NCBI GenBank assembly: GCA_951406725.2
Contig: OX597822.1
Coordinates: 13,330,001 to 13,394,000, forward strand
Direction: 5' to 3'
DNA from: Octopus vulgaris
Lineage: Eukaryota
DNA: 64,000 nt
Shown one piece after another: positions 54,755-64,000 of the stretch (position 1 is the stretch's first letter; the number at the start of each line of letters is the position of its first letter). Under the pieces are notes generated by a model, which was given only the letters and a program-made list of their open reading frames with translations, was not told the DNA's origin and did not search any database. Position numbers and translations under genes: made by a program.

Positions 54755-54898
54755 TGGTTAAGAATCTCGTATTGTAACCATGTGGCTTCGCGTTCAGTCC
54801 CACAGCATAAAACCCTGTACAAGTGCCTTCTACTATAGCACGAGGTTGTCCAATGTCTTGTGAGTGAATCTAGTAGGCGGAAGCTGTATGGAAGCCTG

Positions 54899-54902
<4 letters not shown>
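54755..54902 (+). mobile_element. SINE family A 5' half, preceded by a family B 3' part (54640-54750)
   Basis: Similarity to other copies in the window. Confidence 0.7.
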
Positions 54903-54984
<82 letters not shown>

Positions 54985-55780
54985 GTAGTAATTTCGCTGG
55001 CGGACTTTGGCTGATGGGAAATCAGGCACCTATTTGACGCTAAATTTCGAAACCGGTACCAGGTTGACCAGCATTTATTTGTTCTGACTCATTTGAGGTA
55101 AGACATTATTATTGTTCACTGATATTTTTTCCTATCATGCCTGTAATGGATTTGTGACTATTCGGTGGTACAGAAGTATTTTTTTACTTCTATCATTAGC
55201 GATATAGGTACTCATATAGTACACTTGTGTATATATATACATATCTAAATATTGTATGTATATATTTTCTTAATTTACCTGTGCAGCTGATAATTCGCTT
55301 ACCACTCGTGATAGTACTTTAATGATACTATCCCTATATATATATATATGGGTGTGTCAATGTCTGTGTGTGTTGGCCCGCCACTTGACAACCGATGCTG
55401 CTAAAGTTGCTGGAATATGTAAAGGATAAAAAAATCAACAGACACATAAGTGTTTGAGAAAACTATTCTTCATTATATCACAATTCCCACAAACCACCCA
55501 CTATTCCAGTCCGACAACCGACTATTGAATCGCCATCACTCTTATAACAGCCTCCACTTATATGTATATGTATGTGTGTATATATGTATATATATATATA
55601 TACAAATTTAAAGGACTGAACACGAAAAGTGGTGGACAGTCAACATGCTAGATATAGACGTCAAATCGCTATTTTCCACAAAGAGTATGTTCTCAAAAAG
55701 TCAGCACAAAACCACTGGTTTTAATTGACTAATATCAATTTCTACCCTTATTAAATTTATATATATATATATATATATAT

Positions 55781-55842
<62 letters not shown>

Positions 55843-55848
55843 TGATAT

Positions 55849-55912
<64 letters not shown>

Positions 55913-56679
55913 AACTTACTTGGAAAAGGATGCGTGGCGTTCGATCATATAATAATATTAATAATATATAAATATATGCATATATGCATATATATGTGTA
56001 CATAACTTCATATATATGTATATATACATGCATATATGGCTACAGGACATCAAAAAGAAAACGTTGAACACAATGAGAAATGAAAACATAAATACATAGA
56101 AACAAACTTTTTTTCAAACAACGAAAAAACAGAGAAACAAGACATACAACACAAGGAATATTCCCCTTCTTCAGTTGTCGCTATGTCATCTACTCCGTGT
56201 TACGAAGGTAAGGCCAAGACGCAACTTCGTTGAAACAGTCCTTCCCGCAAAGCAAATTAAATAAAATTTGGGATATTTTTTGCGTAGGGTGCGAGTGGTA
56301 ACAAGAACAGGAGTTAAGAACAAAACAGTAAAAACAATAAAAAAGTAAAAACAGTAAAACACAGAACAATGAAAACAAAACAGTAAAAAGAAATGATGAC
56401 GGCTGTTAAGCCAAGGCGATGGAATAATTATTCCGAACGCTTAAGGAGACAGCGTATGAAAGAGACAGGATAAGCTAGTCTGGTCTTTGTCAAGATAGCA
56501 GTCGGAAAGATGGCTTCCCTCTGATCACATGTCAGCGACGAGAGAGTCGAGGAGGAGGAGTAAGAAAGAGGGAACGGTGAAGGGGAGAGGAGAAGAATAT
56601 GGAATGGTGGGAGAGAAAACCAGAAAGGATGAAGAACAAGAGAGAGAGAGAGATATATAGACAGAGAAGTAATAGTATG

Positions 56680-56890
56680 TGTATGTGCCGTTGTGTCTGT
56701 GTTTGCGCTTCCATCGCTTGACAACCGATGTTGGTGTGTTTATGTCCCCAAAACTAGCGGTTCAGCAAAAGAGACCGATAGAATAAGTACTAGGCTTACA
56801 AAGAATAAGTCCTGGAGTCGATTTGCTCGACGAATGGCAATGCTCCAGTGTGGGCACACTCAAATGACTGAAACGTGTAAAAGAAGATAG
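56680..56890 (+). mobile_element. SINE family A 3' half
   Basis: Matches 7400-7600. Confidence 0.8.
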
Positions 56891-57793
56891 CAATAAAAGA
56901 TGTGTGTGTGTGTGTGTGTGTGTGCGTGTGTGTGTTGATATATTGTAACAGCAGCTACACGTATACTATGCGTACTTGTATACATATATTCATATATATA
57001 TATATACGTGTTTATATATACAGATATATATTTGCATAAAGTATACATTCTTACATATATATATATTTATATATACTCGCATACACACACATACATACAC
57101 ACATATACACACACACACATACATACACACACACACACACAAACACTCACACATATGCAGAATTTACCAGATAGTCGTATCCACCGCAGGAAACATATGA
57201 GTGCTATGGAGTGAGAGTGTAATTAATATCAATTAATGTAATAACAACCATTTATTTATGGATAATTTTAAAAGCGTGCGTCGAACTAATAGAAAATAAG
57301 CTACACAGTAGGAAGAGCAAATGGGCTGGCTGAAGACATTGCGAAACCGTTTTAGTTGTTGCATTGTCATGGCGATAAAACTAAACGAAATAGACGAACA
57401 TAATCGGATAACGCTGTCATAGGTACAGAAGGCTGTAGGTATTATGCAGTCAGATAGAATCAAATGAGATAAGATAAAAAGACATAACATTAAGGAATTA
57501 TCTAGAAAAGAAGACTTAAGGTCGTCAAAATGTGTGCTTAAAACTAAGCTAAAATGTTGGTAATAATACTCTGGCTCTAAATAAATGTCATTCACTGGTC
57601 TTTTATTCTTTTTCCTAGTTTCAGACATTGGTCTACGGCCAAGCTGGGGCAGAGCTATCGCTGGTTTTAGTCGATTATATCGGCGTTAAGAGATATATAT
57701 TACCATCTGGTAGTTATTTGATTGTTGCTTTTTTTTAAAAATCGAATGGCTGTGTTACCTTTTGATGAAACGGGACACAACTCGGTTAACTGC

Positions 57794-57853
<60 letters not shown>

Positions 57854-57956
57854 TACACCTACACGCACGCACACACATTCTAGCCCTGGATGGGACTAAA
57901 AGAAGAGAGAAGTATGAGAGAAGAGACAAAGCGAAGAAGCAAAATTTATTAATATA

Positions 57957-58159
57957 TACGATGGGGTGTCGAAAAGTTTCTGGCTTTGGGTAAAACAAAA
58001 TACATGATTATTTCCAACATATTCCCCTTTCATATTAACATACCTATTGCAGCGGTCCTTCAGTTCTTATAAGCCCTCTAAAAGAACTCGGAAGGTAGGC
58101 CTCCAACCAGATCTTTAGTGATACCCTTACAACTGGGTACTTTTCAGCACCTATTCGTA
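57957..58159. mobile_element. Mariner-type MITE, about 200 bp
   Basis: Imperfect TIRs tacgatggggtgtcgaaaagt / acttttcagcacctattcgta with TA ends. Confidence 0.65.
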
Positions 58160-59495
58160 ATGTACATGTGTAAACACATTTTGTCTTAATTAGCTAAAAC
58201 TGTAGTCTATTCTCATCGTCTTGTAAAATACTTCAATAAATGGTGCATCTTAAATAATGTTTTTAGAATTTAATGTCATCATTTAATCGATCCATATTCG
58301 GGTCCGTTCGTAAGTTTTCTTCCCTTCAAAAGTATGAGCAGTTTCAGATATACAATAACATTATATAGGCTTGATAAAAATATTTGAAAAGAAATATTCC
58401 TTTCTTTGTTCGTAGATAAAAAATACTTTTAAAATATGCTTAAACAACCTGCTTTATTTCAGATCAGATAAAACTATGAGATTTACCTAGAGATAACGCA
58501 GTGTGTTATGAATACGCATGATGTATATTTCCACAGCGACGTTTTTCCTTTTTGTCCAAATCTAAATGCACCATCTTCAGTCAAATGCTGTAGGAAACAC
58601 GGGAAGATATATTCCATTATAGCGATATCTGTTCATATCGGCAACTTTGGTAAGTGTAACTCAAATAAATGGCTATCAACGTCGAGTTTTTGCGACTGTT
58701 GTCTTCGACGAACTCTGTTCATAAGCTATGCCGTACACAATTGTGGATCTCGCTTCTTTTTAGTTAAAATTATCTTATACGTAAGCTAGACAGATATATT
58801 TCATTGACCGTTCTCTATTTTTGACATGCAAGATAAATTTTGCTCATAAATGTCATTTCAAAATTAGATATATCATATTCTGTAGCAATTTTTAATTACT
58901 TAATTACTGATTTATTTTTATTTAATTTCAGCTTTTGAAACCAATGTATTTATATAGAGCATCAATTCGGAAATTTCATTTAATTGGTCGGAGTGAAGAT
59001 TTTTCTAAAATTTAAGTGATTTGACAAACTTATAAAAACAGATATTATATTTAAATATATTGACAAATTTGTCTTTGTTTAGAAATTTCGCTAGGAAAAG
59101 AAAAACTCTGGTGTAACACCTAGGACTTGGTTTGCATCTACTGATGTAGAATAATACTCTTTTGTGCAAGAGCATGCGCTCTTCCTAAACTGGGACTGAC
59201 TCCATGCAAGGCCTTCCCTTTTCCTTAAAAAACCTCCAAGTATAGGTCAGACATCGCTTGACTTTTAACATGTCTATTGTGCGTTCTGTAACTGTGGCTG
59301 GCTGTAACAAAGGAAAGCAAAACGCTCAATGAAAAATGACGATTCATTGCAGACTAATAGCAAAGAAGCTCTGGAATGGAAAGTGAAAGGATCTGGTTTG
59401 GCAGATGTCCCAGAGAACTACAGCGTGGGCTTGATCATCATCTCCCTTCTGCGAGACTACTGCTGTTACCTATTTATCTATCTATCTATCTGTCT

Positions 59496-59556
<61 letters not shown>

Positions 59557-59686
59557 TTCAACAAAATTTAGATTCAAATGAATATGGTACTTAAGCTAGA
59601 TGCACCAGAATTTTGTATGGTGTTATCCATATAAATCCATGGGGTGATTATAATCAAAATAAGCAACAAGAATAAATTCGGTAATT

Positions 59687-59770
59687 TGGTACGATCGTTT
59701 CATGCTACATCATTTCATTAAATGTTGTAAGTATTACAACAGTTTTAAAATGTTGAGCAATCATCAGCCA
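59687..59770 (-). ncRNA. Type I hammerhead motif, intact core, long stem II
   Basis: UGG-CUGAUGA-UUGCU...UGUUGUAA UAC UUACAACA...AGCAU-GAAA-CGAUCG-UA-CCA. Confidence 0.85.
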
Positions 59771-60052
59771 TTAATAGTGGCTTTCCATTAATACATAATT
59801 TTCATATCAATTGATAACATTATAGAGAAGGTAGATATATAGACAAAGATGTCGATTTGAATTTTAAGAACATTAAGGTAGTAGAGTTTATCAACTGACT
59901 GATGGATTTTCAGGATATTCGGTTGTTTTGAACTGCTAGAAGGTTTGTGAAGAATGATCAACATTTAATACTTACAAGATTTAATGGAATGATGTAGTGT
60001 GTAACAATCGTACCAAAAAACCGAAGTTATTGTTGTTGCTTATTTTGATTAT

Positions 60053-60083
<31 letters not shown>

Positions 60084-60131
60084 ATTGCTTTCTCTCTCTC
60101 TTTCTCTGTATGTATATATATATATACATAC

Positions 60132-60204
<73 letters not shown>

Positions 60205-60248
60205 TGTATATGTGTATGTATGTATGTATGTATATATGTAGATATGTA

Positions 60249-60988
60249 TACGTGGTCTGATCAACAAGTATCCGGACTGTTGCTATAGTAACGAAGGTAA
60301 AGCACGCATAGTGAAGTCGTTTGGCAGAAATTGACATTGTACTCTGTTGTGCATGCGCATTAAGTTTTAACATTTTAGCTCACTTCAACTGTTTAAAGCA
60401 GTGCTTGGAAGGAACGAGTGTAGCGAGGAATCGTCGCATTGAGCATGACAGAGAAAGTTGAGCTGAGAGTCTGTATCAAATGTTGGCAAAATCTTGATGA
60501 TATCTGCCCAAATCTTCAGTGATAATGGATTGAACTGAGACAAAACTAATCTGCACATCCTTTTAATAACTCATGGATTGTGATTCGACGATATACCTTC
60601 ACGGCTACACGCACATCTGCGATGTTTCTCTCAGTTCAGCTAGTTGTAGGTCTCTCTCAACGTTCGTCAATATCGATATTTTTTCGGCCATCTTGGAAAC
60701 GTCTGAACCACTCGTACACTTGTGTGCGGTTCATACACTCCTCTCCATACACTTTCTGCAACACTGTGTAGTCCTCTAAGCAGGTATCCCCATGACAACT
60801 TTTTTCTGTCGTGGTCAATGCAATGATCACACGCTACACACCTTCCAACTAAGCAATACTGTAAACAGCGAATGTAAGCTAGAACATGGACAGCAGAAAT
60901 CAAAGTCAACTTTTGTCAAGCGGCTTCACTCTGCGTGCTTTAGCTTCGTTACTATATCAAGAGTCCGGATTCTTATCGTTCAAACTTC

Positions 60989-60991
<3 letters not shown>
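60249..60991. mobile_element. Non-autonomous mariner derivative built from two inverted 5' ends
   Basis: Both ends share about 190 bp of 5' sequence; + strand MTEKVELRVCIK; - strand LQKVYGEECMNRTQVYEWFRRFQDGR...IITEDLG. Confidence 0.8.
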
Positions 60992-61028
<37 letters not shown>

Positions 61029-61029
61029 G

Positions 61030-61366
<337 letters not shown>

Positions 61367-61611
61367 AATGTCTTTATGTCAGAGTGTGTACCTCACGCTG
61401 GTGATTCTGTGTTACGTCCACTTAGGTAAGCCGTTTGCCAAAAAGTTTACGATGGAATAAGTAGCAAGTTCAAAAATGAATACTGAGCTAGATTCGTTTG
61501 ACTAAAATTATGCAAGGCGGTGCTCCAGCATGACCGCAGTCTGACGACTGAAACAAATAGGTAGTAAAAGACAAAAGATATAAACAAACATATATGTGTG
61601 TGTACATATAT

Positions 61612-61663
<52 letters not shown>

Positions 61664-61840
61664 TTACATACATACATACACACATACATTGATATGTGTA
61701 CGTGTGTTGCAATTTAATGCATTCTAAAGATGATCTTATTGGATTGTAGTCAATAATTCTTTTTTATTATTTCTTATTTCTTATTTCTTCTTCTTATTAT
61801 TATTGCTGTTGTTGTTATTATTATCATCATTATTATTGCT

Positions 61841-61896
<56 letters not shown>

Positions 61897-62249
61897 GTAT
61901 TTATGGCATACTAATTTCATCAGTCCCCATATAAACCATTCTTAGCATCACATTATGTTTTGTAGGAAACCCTGAAAGACATAGTTTGTCTACAGACATA
62001 AGTTATTGCAGAACTCTGCAAAAGATAATGCTATATTTTACATTATCGGCTTTTTTCTGTGTATAAGGAAGTATAAGATATTCTAAGAAATTCTTTCAAA
62101 TTTATACATGTATGTGTATTATATATATATCTGTGTGCATGTGTGCGGCATGTATAAAGGTATACATATGTATTTATCGGTATATATATGTTTACACTCA
62201 TATACACACGCACGCACACATAAATTCGTATGTATGTATTTACAATGGG

Positions 62250-62560
62250 TACTCCGTTGTCACGAAGGCGAGTGTTCAAGTTGACCCTGTCAACGGAACA
62301 GCTTGCTCGTGAAACGAAGGTACATGTGGCTGAGTACTCCACAGACCCGAGTGTTCTTGACCTAGTTCTTAGAGCAGTCAAGCTCCAAAAAGAATGCAGC
62401 ATGGCTGACTCTTTGAATTATAGACGCAACTCATTTTTGCCAGCTGTGTGGTCTGGAGCAACGGGAAATAAAGTGTCTTGCTCAAGGACACAACGCGTCG
62501 CTGGGAATTTAAACTCACAACTTTGCGATCGTAAACCGAGAACCTTCTAAGCCATACACT
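62250..62560 (-). mobile_element. SINE family C copy
   Basis: Homologous to 18076-18330 and 130-306. Confidence 0.75.
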
Positions 62561-62647
62561 TTCACACACTGGCATACACAGTCACACTCACACACACATG
62601 CACAAGCATATGCACGCACACACACACATACAAGCACACACGCACAA

Positions 62648-62685
<38 letters not shown>

Positions 62686-64000
62686 TTACATATAAGAATA
62701 CAAAAAGAGACAAGAAAAAACAAGGACGGGTCATTCGGAGTTTTCTTTCCTCAGTCGAATTCCAGCTTATCTTTGCAATTTCGGCTGGTTATACTCGAAA
62801 CTGCTCCAATCTGGCCATCCCCAAGGAATATCTAAGCTAAGAGCACTAGAAATCCTTGGAAGAAAGCAGCGAATGAATACAAAAACAAGGATAGAAAAAA
62901 CGGAGAAATGCTATAGAAATACAACTGCAAATAACAGGGCATTAACTACAGGTGTCTTTCGACTAAGGACGAATTAAATTAAGCTGGCGTGTGTGGAAGT
63001 GAAGCCTGACGGCAGGGACATGAGAGGTGACAAGCATGGGAAGGAATATAAACGTTGCACGGATGGTAGTCGAACCAGAAACGAAAGGTCAGGCTTGACC
63101 GAAAAACGGTCACGTGGAGGGAGAGGAGAGAGGTAGGGGCAGAGGGATAGAAGAATTGGGGAAGGACGAGAAAAAGAGAAAAGGGACAGAGTAAGGGGAA
63201 AGAGGGGAGAGTTGGGAATGAAGCGAAGGCCAGGAAATGTGAGAGAGGAGGAATGAAAGAAAGAAGAGTGGAAAGAACGACACACTCACACACACAGACC
63301 TCTTACAAATATATCTGTGTCCAAGATTTATCGCTTAGAAACCAAGAAAGATAATTTTGTTAAAAGAGTCACTTATTTCATCATGCACGTATTTATTCTA
63401 ATTCGTTAAAGAGAACGAAGGCCAGCGTTTGTTCATTTATTTTACTGCTGCTGTATATATATATATTTTCTTTGTGTGTTCTTTAGTTAGGAGAGGCAAT
63501 ACGCGAGCCTTTTTGCTGTGCCTCAGAAACTGATTACAGGGCTGGGGTGGCGAAAGCGATCTTCAAACTGCAGCCCCGGGATCAGTACTTGCAATAGCAT
63601 GTACGTAGCAAAGGAGAACCAAGCTGCCAGAAGGTGAGGTGTTAAAACGGTTAAGTGTAGTACCCATTAGGCCCATCGCTTGATTTGAACTTCTAATGCA
63701 AAGAGACGAAATATCGCCAGGCGTCGTCGTCGATGTTGCAGCACCCATGTTTGGTTCTTGTTTATTTACCCTAAATGGTTCAAAGGAAACGTTGATCTCC
63801 CATTTTAAACCTAGAAACCTCGACGTATTCACTCTGACACTCTAACGATACATCAAATTCACCAACAAAGGGTCCATTTAGCGGAGTTGTGAGAAACTGG
63901 AGAGTACTCTTATTTTCTATATAATAAATACATATACATACACACATCCATTCAAACATATGTACATACCCACATTGATACATACATGCGCACACACTTA

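Overview
A 64-kb AT-rich eukaryotic window saturated with microsatellites and transposon relics, with no recognisable intact host gene. The tRNA-derived SINE families and the repeat landscape resemble an octopus (coleoid cephalopod) genome; this is an inference. Almost all ORF-track entries are microsatellite artefacts. The real coding remnants are a 5'-truncated Tx1/L1-type LINE (8.2-11.1 kb) flanked by GATA repeats, two decayed DD34D mariners, two DD37D (maT-type) fragments, two Penelope-like (PLE) GIY-YIG remnants, and RTE, CR1, R4-like RLE and Helitron fragments. The main hidden signal is RNA-structural. Reading both strands by eye gives more than 15 type-I hammerhead ribozyme motifs (CUGANGA-stem II-GAAA-palindromic helix III-UH-stem I). 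They sit in short non-coding elements inserted in (TA)n tracts. Several elements are head-to-head inverted with longer-than-monomer, circularly permuted arms (363- and 432-nt units), as expected of retrozyme-like or PLE-dependent elements. One family carries a compensatory U3-A8 core variant, and one appears to join a tRNA head to a hammerhead. All structures were folded by hand and none has been tested computationally.
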